NCBI GenBank assembly: GCA_963732795.1
Contig: CAVTAV010000003.1
Span: forward strand, 66,050-130,049
Reading direction: 5' to 3'
DNA from: an uncultured Alphaproteobacteria bacterium
GTDB lineage: Bacteria; Pseudomonadota; Alphaproteobacteria; CAVTAV01
DNA: 64,000 nt
A program made the position numbers and the translations under genes. The notes under the pieces were generated by a model that worked only from the letters and a program-made list of their open reading frames with translations, was not told the origin of the DNA and did no database searches. This document shows positions 29,626-39,324 of the stretch, piece after piece. Every line of letters starts with the position of its first letter. Positions within the stretch are counted from its first letter, which is position 1.

Positions 29626-30597
29626 TTACTTTCCCAGAGTGGCGTTGACGGCGGCGATGACCTTGTCCGGATTCGGCAGGACGGCGGCCTCGGCATTCGG
29701 CGCATAGGGCACGAATACGTCCGGCGTGGTGACCCGCTTGACCGGCGCTTTCAGCATGTCGAAGCCCCGGTCGGCGACCACGGCGGCAATATGGCTCGCG
29801 GCGCTGCACCGGTCGCGCGCCTCGTCCACGATCACGAGCCGGCCGGTCTTCTTGACCGAGCTCAGGATGCCGTCCTCGTCCAGGGGCACGAGGGTGCGGG
29901 GATCGAGCACCTCGGCATTGACGCCTTCTTCGGCCAGGGCATCGGCTGCATCGAGGGCCGTGCGCACCGTCGTGCCGATGCCGACGATCGTGACGTCGGT
30001 CCCCTCGCGGAGGATATTGGCCTTGCCGAACGGCACGGTGTGATCGCCATCCGGCACGTCCCAACGCTCGCCGCCGCGGCCGACCGCCAGGAGGAAGATC
30101 GTCGGATTGTCGCCGCGGATCGCGGTCTTGAGGAGGCCCTTGGCGTCGCCCGGCGTCGCGGGGACTGCGACATTGAGACCGCCCAGATTCATGAACAGCG
30201 GGTGCGGCGAATCGGAATGCTGCGAGGCGTTGCTGCCGCCCGCGCCGTAGCCCGCCATCACCGTCACGGGCATCCTCATCTGGCCGCCGGTCATGAGGCG
30301 GAGCTTCGCCATCTGATTGGCGATGCCGTCGAAGCCCATATAGGTGAAGTTCGAGAACATCATGTGGAAGATCACGCGATGGCCGCCCGCCGCCGCGCCG
30401 ATCGACATGCCGGTGAGCGCGTTCTCGGAAATCGGCGTGTTGCGGATGCGGTTGAGGCCGAATTTATCGACGAGGCCGCGGGTGTCGCCGAACATGCTGA
30501 TCTCGACGTCCTCGCCGAACAGGATGACCTTCTCGTCGCGCTCCATCTCCTCGAACAGCGCTTCGTTCACGGCCTGGATATAGCGTTTCTTTGCCAT
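29626..30597 (-). CDS. TPP-dependent 2-oxoacid/acetoin dehydrogenase E1 component, beta subunit
   Basis: 323 aa with the E1-beta pattern (ILFGEDV, RIRNTPISENALTGMSIGAA, C-terminal transketolase-like domain). Confidence 0.9.
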   Translation of the reverse strand: MAKKRYIQAVNEALFEEMERDEKVILFGEDVEISMFGDTRGLVDKFGLNRIRNTPISENALTGMSIGAAAGGHRVIFHMMFSNFTYMGFDGIANQMAKLRLMTGGQMRMPVTVMAGYGAGGSNASQHSDSPHPLFMNLGGLNVAVPATPGDAKGLLKTAIRGDNPTIFLLAVGRGGERWDVPDGDHTVPFGKANILREGTDVTIVGIGTTVRTALDAADALAEEGVNAEVLDPRTLVPLDEDGILSSVKKTGRLVIVDEARDRCSAASHIAAVVADRGFDMLKAPVKRVTTPDVFVPYAPNAEAAVLPNPDKVIAAVNATLGK

Positions 30598-30608
30598 TGT
30601 GCTCCCCC

Positions 30609-31607
30609 TTACGGCCGGTGATCCGAGAACATCACTTTGAACGCGAGGTCGATATCGGCCGGCGGGCTCGACGCCGCGAACTCTGCCGCGGCCTCCACGG
30701 TGTCGGCGATGCGCTTCTCGATCGCGGAGACGTCACCGGCATTGGCCGAATCTTCCAGCAGCTTCTTTTTTAGCCGCTCGACCGGGCACTTCTTGATCCA
30801 GCTCTCGATCTCGGCATCCTCGCGGTATTTCTGGCCGGCGGTGAAGCGCTCCTCGGCCTCGATATGGCCGCGCCAGCGATAGGTGTGGGCCTCGATGAAG
30901 CTCGGCCCGCCGTCCTTGCGCGCCCGCTCGATGGATTCCCCGGCCGCTTGCCAAACTTCCGAGACGTCGTTGCCGTCCACGTCATAGGTCGGCATGCCGA
31001 AGGCCTTCGCCCGGTCGATCAGCTTGCCGGCGGTGACGGTAGAGGAGGGGGTCAATTCGGAGAAGGTATTGTTCTCGCAGACATAGACCACCGGTAATTC
31101 CCAGCGGGCCGCGATGTTGAGCAATTCCATGAACGCCCCTTCGTTCGCCGCGCCGTCGCCGAAGAAGCAGACCGCCACCCGGCCGTCCTGATTGAGCTTG
31201 GCGGAATAGCCCGCGCCGGTGGCGATGCCGAGGCCCGCGCCGACGATGCCGTTCGCGCCGAGAATGCCCTTGGAGACGTCGGCGACATGCATCGAGCCGC
31301 CCATGCCTTGGCAGATGCCGGTCTTCTTGCCCCAAATCTCCGCCATCATGGCCTTCGGCTCGCCGCCCTTGGCGAGAAAGTGGCCATGGCCGCGATGGGT
31401 CGAGGTGATCATGTCGGAGTCGGTCAGGTGGTTGCAGACGCCCGCGGCGATCGCTTCCTGGCCGATATAGAGATGCACCGCGCCGGGCAGGTTGCCGGCG
31501 GCGGCATCGTCGCGCAGGCGCTCCTCCATCTTGCGGATGAGCAGCATGCGCTCATAGAGCGCCTTGAGCGTCTCCACGCTCGGACCGAAATTCGCCCGAT
31601 CATTCAT
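30609..31607 (-). CDS. TPP-dependent 2-oxoacid/acetoin dehydrogenase E1 component, alpha subunit
   Basis: 332 aa. The TPP-binding motif is GDGAANEGAFMELLNIAARWELPVVYVCENN. Also present are THRGHGH and GSMH. Confidence 0.9.
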   Translation of the reverse strand: MNDRANFGPSVETLKALYERMLLIRKMEERLRDDAAAGNLPGAVHLYIGQEAIAAGVCNHLTDSDMITSTHRGHGHFLAKGGEPKAMMAEIWGKKTGICQGMGGSMHVADVSKGILGANGIVGAGLGIATGAGYSAKLNQDGRVAVCFFGDGAANEGAFMELLNIAARWELPVVYVCENNTFSELTPSSTVTAGKLIDRAKAFGMPTYDVDGNDVSEVWQAAGESIERARKDGGPSFIEAHTYRWRGHIEAEERFTAGQKYREDAEIESWIKKCPVERLKKKLLEDSANAGDVSAIEKRIADTVEAAAEFAASSPPADIDLAFKVMFSDHRP

Positions 31608-31883
31608 ATCAAACGGACCCCCGGATTGCGGTTGCGCGTCAGCGGCAAATCGGCGCGGTGTCGATCGCGATCAACATATTGCGTCGAAATGGAAATTTGC
31701 CGCGACGACATTGCGGTGCTGCGACAATCGTCGCGTAAAATATTGTTATCGAAAGCGGCGCTGCGGTACAATCGAAAATGTGGTCGCCGCGGGGCCCTCC
31801 CGCGGCTTCAAGCCAATCCGGTGGCCTGCCGCAGCACCGTCGCCGGTCCGCCGATCCATCGTCAACCTGCTCCGGGGGGTGCC

Positions 31884-33956
31884 ATGCGCCGACTGGCCCT
31901 GATCTCTTTTGCGCTCATTCTTGCGGCCTGTTCTCAGCAGCAGCCGGTGTCGGAAACGACGCCGACGGGCGCCCCGCCCGGCCAAGTGGACGGCGCGCGG
32001 ATCATGGCGGCCGACAAGGAGCCGGGGAATTGGATGAGCTACGGCCGGACCTATGGCGAGGATCATTTCAGCCCCTTGGACAAGATCACCGCGGACAACG
32101 CGAAGGATCTCGGCCTCGCCTGGTATTTCGACTTTCCCCATGCCCGCGGCCTCGAGGTGACGCCGATCGTGGTCGATGGCGTGATGTATGTGACGGGCAA
32201 CAACAACAAGGTTTACGCCCTCGACGCCAAGACCGGTAAGCAGATCTGGGCCTACGATCCCGAGGTCCGCACCGATTGGGACCGGTATGCCTGCTGCGGC
32301 TCGATCAATCGCGGCGTGGCGGTCTGGAAGGGCAAGGTCTATGAGGGGACGCTCGACGGCCGGCTGATCGCGGTGGATGCAAAGACCGGCAAGCTGGCCT
32401 GGGAAACTCAGACCACGCCGGACAACGAGCCCTATTCGATTACCGGGGCGCCGCGCATCATCAAGGACAAGGTCGTCATCGGCGCGGGCGGCGCGGAGTT
32501 CGGCGTGCGCGGCTATATCGCGGCCTATGACGCCGAGACCGGCAAACAGGTCTGGCGCTTCTACACGGTGCCCGGCGACCCTTCTAAGCCGTTCGAGAAC
32601 AAGGCCATGGAGACGGCTGCCAAGACCTGGACCGGCGAATGGTGGAAGCAGGGCGGCGGCGGGACGGTATGGGACTCGATGTCCTACGACCCGGATCTCA
32701 ACCTGATCTATTTCGGCACCGGCAACGGCTCGGAATGGGCCCGCAAGCTCAGGAGCCCCGAGGGCGGCGACAATCTGTTCCTCGCCTCGATCGTCGCAAT
32801 CAACGCCGATACCGGCGACTATGTCTGGCATTACCAGGAAGTCCCCGGCGACCAATGGGACTACGACGCCTGCCAGCAGATCGTGCTTGCGGATCTGACG
32901 ATCGACGGTAAGCCCCGCAAAGTACTGATGCAGGCGGCGAAGGACGGTTATTTCTACGTCCTCGACCGCACCAACGGCCAGTTCATTTCGGCCACGCCCT
33001 TCGTCAAGACGACCTGGGCCGAAAGCTTCGATCCGAAGACCGGCCGGCCGACCATCGCCAAAAGCGCGCTCTACGATACGGACGAGGCATCGGTCGTCTG
33101 GCCCGGTCCGTTCGGCGCCCATGACTGGCAGTCCATGTCGTTCGATCCCAAGAGCGGGCTGGTCTATTTCTCGGCTCAGGATCAGGGCTTCGCCTACAGC
33201 TACGATCCGAAGTGGCAGCACAAGCCGATGCAGTGGAACACCACGCAGAACGCCGATGCCAAGCAGCCGCCCGAGGCCAAGGAACTCACCTATCGCGGCT
33301 ATCTCTATGCCTGGGATCCGGTGGCCGGAAAGCCCGCCTGGAAGGTCGAGTACGACGATATGTGGAACGGCGGCGCGCTGGCCACTGCCGGAGGCATCGT
33401 CGCCGAAGGCACCGCCGACGGGCGCTTCATCGTCTATCGCGCGGATAACGGGGAGAAACTATGGGAGAAGCCGGTCCAGACCGCGGTCATGGCGGGGCCG
33501 ATCAGCTATATGGTCGATGGCGAGCAGTATATCGCCGTCGCGGCCGGCTGGGGCGGCTCGGTGCCGCTCTTTGGCGGCGGCATCACGCCGATCCATAGCG
33601 GCTCGAACCGCATCCTGGTCTATAAGCTTGGCGGCACCGTAACGCTTCCGCCCAAGCCCCGGCAGGCCGCCATCCCCGCTCAGCCCCCGGTCAACGGCAC
33701 ACCCGAGGACGTCGCTCATGGCGAGTCCCTCTACGATCAGTACTGCCAGAACTGCCACGGCTTGAACGTGATATCGGGCGGCATGATCCCCGATCTCCGC
33801 CAGCTACCCCACGAGGATCACCAGTTCTTCGCCAGCATCGTGCTGAACGGCACGAAGTCCCGCCAGGGAATGCCGCCCTTCGGCGACGTCCTGAGCGAAT
33901 CCGACGCCCAGGACATCCACAATTTCATCCTGAAGCGGGCGTCGGAGTCGAATTGA
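31884..33956 (+). CDS. Quinohemoprotein PQQ-dependent alcohol dehydrogenase (type II-like), lipoprotein signal
   Basis: ATG at 31884 (MRRLALISFALILAAC). PQQ propeller with repeated W-motifs and the vicinal Cys pair YACCGS. The C-terminal cytochrome c domain carries CQNCHG. The part of the 889-aa ORF before 31884 is non-coding. Confidence 0.9.
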   Translation: MRRLALISFALILAACSQQQPVSETTPTGAPPGQVDGARIMAADKEPGNWMSYGRTYGEDHFSPLDKITADNAKDLGLAWYFDFPHARGLEVTPIVVDGVMYVTGNNNKVYALDAKTGKQIWAYDPEVRTDWDRYACCGSINRGVAVWKGKVYEGTLDGRLIAVDAKTGKLAWETQTTPDNEPYSITGAPRIIKDKVVIGAGGAEFGVRGYIAAYDAETGKQVWRFYTVPGDPSKPFENKAMETAAKTWTGEWWKQGGGGTVWDSMSYDPDLNLIYFGTGNGSEWARKLRSPEGGDNLFLASIVAINADTGDYVWHYQEVPGDQWDYDACQQIVLADLTIDGKPRKVLMQAAKDGYFYVLDRTNGQFISATPFVKTTWAESFDPKTGRPTIAKSALYDTDEASVVWPGPFGAHDWQSMSFDPKSGLVYFSAQDQGFAYSYDPKWQHKPMQWNTTQNADAKQPPEAKELTYRGYLYAWDPVAGKPAWKVEYDDMWNGGALATAGGIVAEGTADGRFIVYRADNGEKLWEKPVQTAVMAGPISYMVDGEQYIAVAAGWGGSVPLFGGGITPIHSGSNRILVYKLGGTVTLPPKPRQAAIPAQPPVNGTPEDVAHGESLYDQYCQNCHGLNVISGGMIPDLRQLPHEDHQFFASIVLNGTKSRQGMPPFGDVLSESDAQDIHNFILKRASESN

Positions 33957-34432
33957 TCGTCGCCTAATTCCGCACCGGGACCCAGAGAGCTTGGCGACCG
34001 GCGCCAGTGCCGGGGGGCAAGACCTTACAAGCAGAAATTGCCGCATGGCGTCGGTCGTCCGTCGAGCGTCGGAGGGGGTCACCCGCGCGTTTCTCGTCTC
34101 GGCACCGTGGCCCTAGGCGAAAATTCGCGAGTTTGGATTTGTGTCGGCGGATTTTACAGTGCTCACTTTATTGAAAAATAAGGGAAAAAATGAGTTCAGT
34201 CGGTTCTCGGCCGTCTCGGGTGTCGATATAATTTACAATTTTCGGGAGTGTGGTGGGCAGGATCCTGGAGCTAAGCTTCTGTATCTAAAGGGTTGAAGCA
34301 TCCTGGCATCTATTCTGCATAGCTCTATAGAGCAGTCGATCTGCGAAATACGATTCGATCGGCGCTTGGGGGATTAACGTCCGAAAGCCATCGAACTCGC
34401 GCATCCACCGCAGAACCCTCGAGAGGTATTCA

Positions 34433-35231
34433 ATGACTTGGAGTTCGTATTCGCGCGCAAGACTTGGAATTGTTGTCGTATCGGCGCTTGGAGTCGCTGC
34501 GATCATGGGCGCTTCAGCGGTCCGCGCGGCGCCTGCATATGTCACTCCTGACGTCATTTTCGGCTCGGGCAATGACAACGGCTCATTCACGGTCGATAGG
34601 GAGAACCACGTCGAACTCGGTCTTCGCGCGAAGCAAAGATTCCCCGCCGCCAACATTTTCAATTATGACGGGGGCAGTACCTATACGTTCTCAACCGGAG
34701 AAAGTTCGCCTGGCTCCGGGCGTCCGCTATGGCAACTTCGAGTGGTCGATCAACACCAACCTTGACGGTTCTGGTGCGAACCTGAGCGACTTCACGTTCC
34801 AGCTCAGCCTCGATACGGATCCTGGCCTGATCGACGATTTTACCATTAACTTCGATCCTATCAACGGCGTCAATCACCGATCTGGGCGATGTCGTCTTTG
34901 GGATCATGCTTTCGGTGATAACTCGACAGGAAACGGGGGAGGGGTAACTGCGAGCGGTCCCGATTTTGTCGCCTCGTACTTGACGTTGGTTGGCAGCAAA
35001 AATGTGGCGCAGAACTCCTGGGCCTTCAGTTGGTATGCCCCAATCAATCCCAATATCAAAGGAACCTATGGGATTAGGTTGACCGCGTATCGTGAGGGGA
35101 ACCAGGTGGCCTCCACAGAAATCCATGTGGAAGCGACGCCGATCCCGCCGTCTCTCGTGCTGATGATCAGCGGCCTGGCGGTCCTTGGCATCGCGACCCG
35201 CTGGAAATCGAAGAGCACACCCGCTACTTGA
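34433..35231 (+). CDS. Secreted protein with a VPLPA/PEP-CTERM-like C-terminal sorting signal; one frame break
   Basis: SD GAGAGG. The signal peptide is IVVVSALGVAAIMGASAVRAAPA. The break lies near 34703 in an AAA run. The C-terminus TPIPPSLVLMISGLAVLGIATRWKSKS has the motif, a TM helix and a basic cluster. The gene is visibly low in G+C. Confidence 0.65.
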
Positions 35232-35315
35232 AGAACAACGACTGAAACGGAGCCGCCGTCGGCTGTCGCGCATCAGCGCGATACGCTTTCGGCGGCCGTT
35301 TCGTGAGTGGGCGAT

Positions 35316-36535
35316 TTAGTCGAGCACTGCCTGCGTCGCCGGGAACCGCGCATAGCCGAAGATGCGCTGGGCGCGGCGGGCTTTCATGATGTCGCGGTAA
35401 TGGCCGACGAGCTCGTCCATGACTGCGTCCCAGGAATAGGCGGCGCTGCGTTTGCGGGCGGCGAGTGACATGGTCGCGGCGAAGGGCCGGGTCGGTGATC
35501 AGCGCTTCGATCCGGTCGGCGGCTTGGCCGATATCGCCGGGTTCGACGAGGTAGCCCGGTGCGCCGTCCATCGACTAAATTGCTGCTGCCGGTCGCGCGT
35601 AGGCAGACGGTGGGCAGCCCGGCGGCCATGGCTTCCAGCGTGACGTTGCCGAAGGTCTCGGTCAGGCTCGGATTGAAGAAGATATCGGATGACGCATAGG
35701 CGCGGGCGAGATCCGGGCCGTTGAAGAAGCCGGTGAAGATACCTTCCGGCATCCGGGCCTCGAATTGCGGCCGCGCCGGGCCGTCGCCGACGATCATCAC
35801 CCGATGAGGCACACCGCGGCGCTTTGAGCGCGTCATGAAGCTCGGCCACGACGCCGATCGCCTTCTCCTTGACCAGCCGGCCGACGAACAGGAGCACGAT
35901 CTCGTCGTCGCCGATGCCGATGCTGCGCCGCCAGCCGAGGTCGCGCCGGTCGGGCGTGAACATGGTGCGGTCGATGCCGCGGCTCCAGAGCCGGACATCC
36001 CGGCCGATGCGGGCGCTCGCCAGCACCTCCTTCATCGAGGGAGACGGCACATAGACATGTTCGCAATGGGCATAGAAGTGCTGGAGATAGCGCCGGCACG
36101 CGCCTTCAAGCGATTTCAGGCCGTAATAGCGGAAATAGGTATCGAACCGGGTATGGAACGACGCGACGACTGGAATATGGTGCCGCTTCGGCGTATCGCA
36201 GCGCCGAATAGCCCAGGAGATCCGGCGTCGAGACATGAATCAGGTCGGGCTGGAACGCTTTGAGCCGCTTTTTGGCCGAACGCGTGAGCCACGAGGCGAA
36301 GCGGTATTCGGTGCGGCCGGGGATCGCGGCAGAAGGCATCGGGACCAGCGTGCCGCCGAGTGTCGGCCGCGGATGGGGTGCCTTCGGCGAGAAGCACCAG
36401 CACCTCGGTGCCACGGGATTCGAGATAGGCGACCAAACGATTGATCGTGCGGGAATGCCCGTCCGTACAGCAATTGTAATTGCCGGAAAAGACGGCCACG
36501 CGTTCCGGTATGAAGTCTCGGTTCTCGGTCGCCAT
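35316..36535 (-). pseudogene. GT4-family glycosyltransferase, paralogue of 13644-14888, with at least five frame changes
   Basis: Motifs VAVFSGNYNC, SFHTRFDTYFRYY, WSRGIDRTMFTP, VGRLVKEK, RVMIVGDGPARP, DIFFNPSLTETFGNVTLEAMAAG and YLVEPGD are scattered over all three minus-strand frames. They lie between the ATG at 36535 and the TAA at 35316-35318. Confidence 0.7.
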
Positions 36536-36875
36536 CTCGGGCCTTCTCTCCCTGCGGCAGTTGTTCCGAAGGCTTCTTTCTATATGGCTCAGTCCGTTAA
36601 TCGTAGGCCGTAGCGCCTTCTTTTCCAAGATCTTTTGGAAAAGCGGGCCGACTCGGCCTGCCGCATTAACCTTGTCATATAAAATCCCAAAAAGCGCCAA
36701 CGATATCGCATGAAACGATCACGGGCCGTTCAAGCGGGCGCGCTAGGTTTGCTCAGGTGGGTCAAAGAGATGTTGCGTTGAAAGCATCCGTCCGCGCGGT
36801 AAGACCCACCCCGAGAAGGAAAGCGGACAGGAATTTAGTCATGCTTCCGACGCGTTTTGCGGGAGCGTCCGCCTC

Positions 36876-37904
36876 ATGTTCTACCGTCACATTCATAGTT
36901 TTCGCGCCATCGCCATAGCGGGCGTGGTCGCGGAATTCTGCCTGAGTTCCGTGACATGGAACGACAAGCATCTAGCGGTCTATGCGATCGGCAGCCTGGT
37001 CGCCGGCTCGGGTATCTGGTTCGCCTTCATCGCCGGCTTCCTGTTTCAGCATCTTTCGCCGCGCTTCGAAATTTCGAGATATTACGGGCGCAAAATCCGC
37101 AACGTGATCGTCCCCTATTTGATAATGTCGATCCCGGCGCTGATCGTCGTCACCGGCGTGTCGCAGTTGTCGAGCATGCCGGCCGCCTTTTACGATGTGC
37201 CGGTCTGGAAGCAGGTCGTGCTGCTGCTCGCAACGGGCAAGCAACTCGAGCCGTTCTGGTTCGTCCCGGCTCTCGCCCTGCTCTATGTCGCGGCGCCGCT
37301 GTTCATTCGTGTGGATCGCGCCCGCTGGCCCTATCTGTTGCTGGTTCCGGCGATCGCCGCCTCGATGATTTTAGGACGCGACGGGTTCCAGGATTTGATG
37401 GGTGGCGGTCTTCTCTGGGCGCCGGTGTCCGCAGCCGTTTACCTGCTCGCCCCCTATATGGTCGGCATGTTCTGCTCGCGGCATCACGAGCGGATCCTCC
37501 GGATGAGTGCCGAGGAGGTCAATCTCCTCTTTGCAATGGCCGCCGTGGCTTATGCGCTCAACGTGCACTACCTCAACAGCTCCGATGCGCACGCGGCGCT
37601 GTTCGTCTTCAAACTGGTGTCGAGCCCGCTCCTGGTCTACGCGACCTATCGCATGAGCGGCCGGGTGGCCGGCAAGTTGGCGCCAATCGCGACTTACAGC
37701 TTCGGGATCTACTTGCTGCATGGATACGTCATCGACATGTCGAAATTCGCGGCGTCCAACAGCGTGGTCGGTACGGTGCTCGGCCATGGCGGCGCTGTGG
37801 TCCATGCCTTGCTGACCGCGATCGTGATCCTGGGCTGCTACTGGATATTGACCACGGCCAAGCAGATCCTCGGGCCCTCGAGCCGGATGGTTACGGGCTG
37901 CTGA
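36876..37904 (+). CDS. Acyltransferase family 3 (OpgC/OafA-type) integral membrane protein
   Basis: 342 aa with about 10 predicted TM helices. The N-terminal pattern FRAIAIAGVV is typical of acyltransferase_3. Confidence 0.75.
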   Translation: MFYRHIHSFRAIAIAGVVAEFCLSSVTWNDKHLAVYAIGSLVAGSGIWFAFIAGFLFQHLSPRFEISRYYGRKIRNVIVPYLIMSIPALIVVTGVSQLSSMPAAFYDVPVWKQVVLLLATGKQLEPFWFVPALALLYVAAPLFIRVDRARWPYLLLVPAIAASMILGRDGFQDLMGGGLLWAPVSAAVYLLAPYMVGMFCSRHHERILRMSAEEVNLLFAMAAVAYALNVHYLNSSDAHAALFVFKLVSSPLLVYATYRMSGRVAGKLAPIATYSFGIYLLHGYVIDMSKFAASNSVVGTVLGHGGAVVHALLTAIVILGCYWILTTAKQILGPSSRMVTGC

Positions 37905-37905
37905 T

Positions 37906-39171
37906 TCACGGGCTCGGGGATTCCGCGGTTGTGTCCGGGATCAGCTTGTCGCGGGTGCGAAGGGCCGGGAACCAGCGTGCCCAGAGGCCCGAGACCATCA
38001 CAGTTCCAATGCCACCGACGATGACGCAAGGGACGGTTCCGATCAGCCGCGCGACGGTGCCGGACTCGAACTCGCCGAGCTGGTTGGAGGTGCCGATGAA
38101 TAGACTGTTCATGGCCGCGACCCGTCCGCGCATCGAATCCGGCGTCTCGATCTGGACCAGGGTCTGGCGCACATAGACGCTGATCATATCGGCGGCGCCG
38201 AGCACCACGAGGCACGCCAGCGACAGATAGAGGTTGCGCGAGAGTCCGAGCCCGATCGTGGCCACGCCGAAAACGGCCACCGCGACGAACAAGGTCGTGC
38301 CGACCCGTGATGTGAGGGACTTATGGGCGAGGAACAGCGCCATGACGACCGCACCGACGGCCGGCATGCTGCGCATGATCCCGAGCCCCCAAGGGCCGAT
38401 CATCAGGATATCGCGGGCGAAAATCGGCAAAAGCGCTTCGGCGCCGCCGAACAGCACCGCGAACATGTCGAGCGTCACCGCACCGAAAATGACCGGTTTG
38501 GAGCGGATATAGACGATGCCGGCAAGCACATTGGTCCAGCTCATCCGCTCCGGCCGGCCCTGCACCGGGTGGGGACGAATCTGCAGGAGAATGATCACGG
38601 TGATCACGATCCCTCCGGCCGCCAGGCCGAAGACGAGGGGCGCTCCGCCGACATAAAGGATGCCGCCCAAGGCCGGGCCGACGATTGTCGCGACCTGAAA
38701 GATTGACGAGCTGATTGCAATGGCGTCGCCGAGCGCCTCCTTGGGCACGAGATTGGGCACCAGCGCGTTGGAGGTCGGCTGCACGAAGGCCCGCGCACTG
38801 CCTTGCACCAGCACATAGACGTAGATCGGCCAGACCTCGGTCGGCCCGGTCAGCGCATAGAGAAAAAGCCCGGTCGAGGCGACGGCCGAAAGGGCATAGG
38901 CGCAGATCAGCACGAGCCGCCGGTCATAGCGGTCCGCGACCTGGCCGGTCACCAGCACGAGGGCGACCCAGGGGATGAAGGCGACAAGTCCGATCAGGCC
39001 CAGGGCCAGCGGATCGCGCGTGATGTCGTAGACCAGCCAGCCGACCGCCACGAACAACATTTGGTTCGCGATGCCGGAGATCAGTCGTCCTAAGCTAAGA
39101 AACCGGTAGTCCCGGTATTGGAAGACGTGCCACCCGCCTGCCTTTCGGCCTTCCGTTTGTTTGTCGCTCAT
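37906..39171 (-). CDS. MFS transporter
   Basis: 421 aa, about 12 TM helices, with the MFS loop motif GQVADRYDRR. Confidence 0.85.
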   Translation of the reverse strand: MSDKQTEGRKAGGWHVFQYRDYRFLSLGRLISGIANQMLFVAVGWLVYDITRDPLALGLIGLVAFIPWVALVLVTGQVADRYDRRLVLICAYALSAVASTGLFLYALTGPTEVWPIYVYVLVQGSARAFVQPTSNALVPNLVPKEALGDAIAISSSIFQVATIVGPALGGILYVGGAPLVFGLAAGGIVITVIILLQIRPHPVQGRPERMSWTNVLAGIVYIRSKPVIFGAVTLDMFAVLFGGAEALLPIFARDILMIGPWGLGIMRSMPAVGAVVMALFLAHKSLTSRVGTTLFVAVAVFGVATIGLGLSRNLYLSLACLVVLGAADMISVYVRQTLVQIETPDSMRGRVAAMNSLFIGTSNQLGEFESGTVARLIGTVPCVIVGGIGTVMVSGLWARWFPALRTRDKLIPDTTAESPSP

Positions 39172-39324
39172 GGTTCTCCAGGATCGGCGCGAGGGACGCC
39201 CGCGAGGCGATTCCTATAAAAATACTTGTTCACGCGGGACGGCAAGGCCTATGAATACGACCCATGGAATTTGGGGTTCCATCTGCCCCTCGGACAGAAA
39301 CCGTCATGAAGGAAGTACTCGCTA

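Noticed and set aside
31287-31883. N-terminal 199-codon extension of the quinohemoprotein ADH ORF
   Set aside because: The extension runs antisense through the E1 alpha gene start and the intergenic region. A proper lipoprotein signal peptide begins at the ATG at 31884.
34285-34662. 125-aa minus-strand ORF in the low-G+C islet
   Set aside because: It overlaps the 5' half of the better-supported plus-strand secreted-protein gene, which has an SD, a signal peptide and a sorting tail. It has no motifs and no ribosome-binding site.
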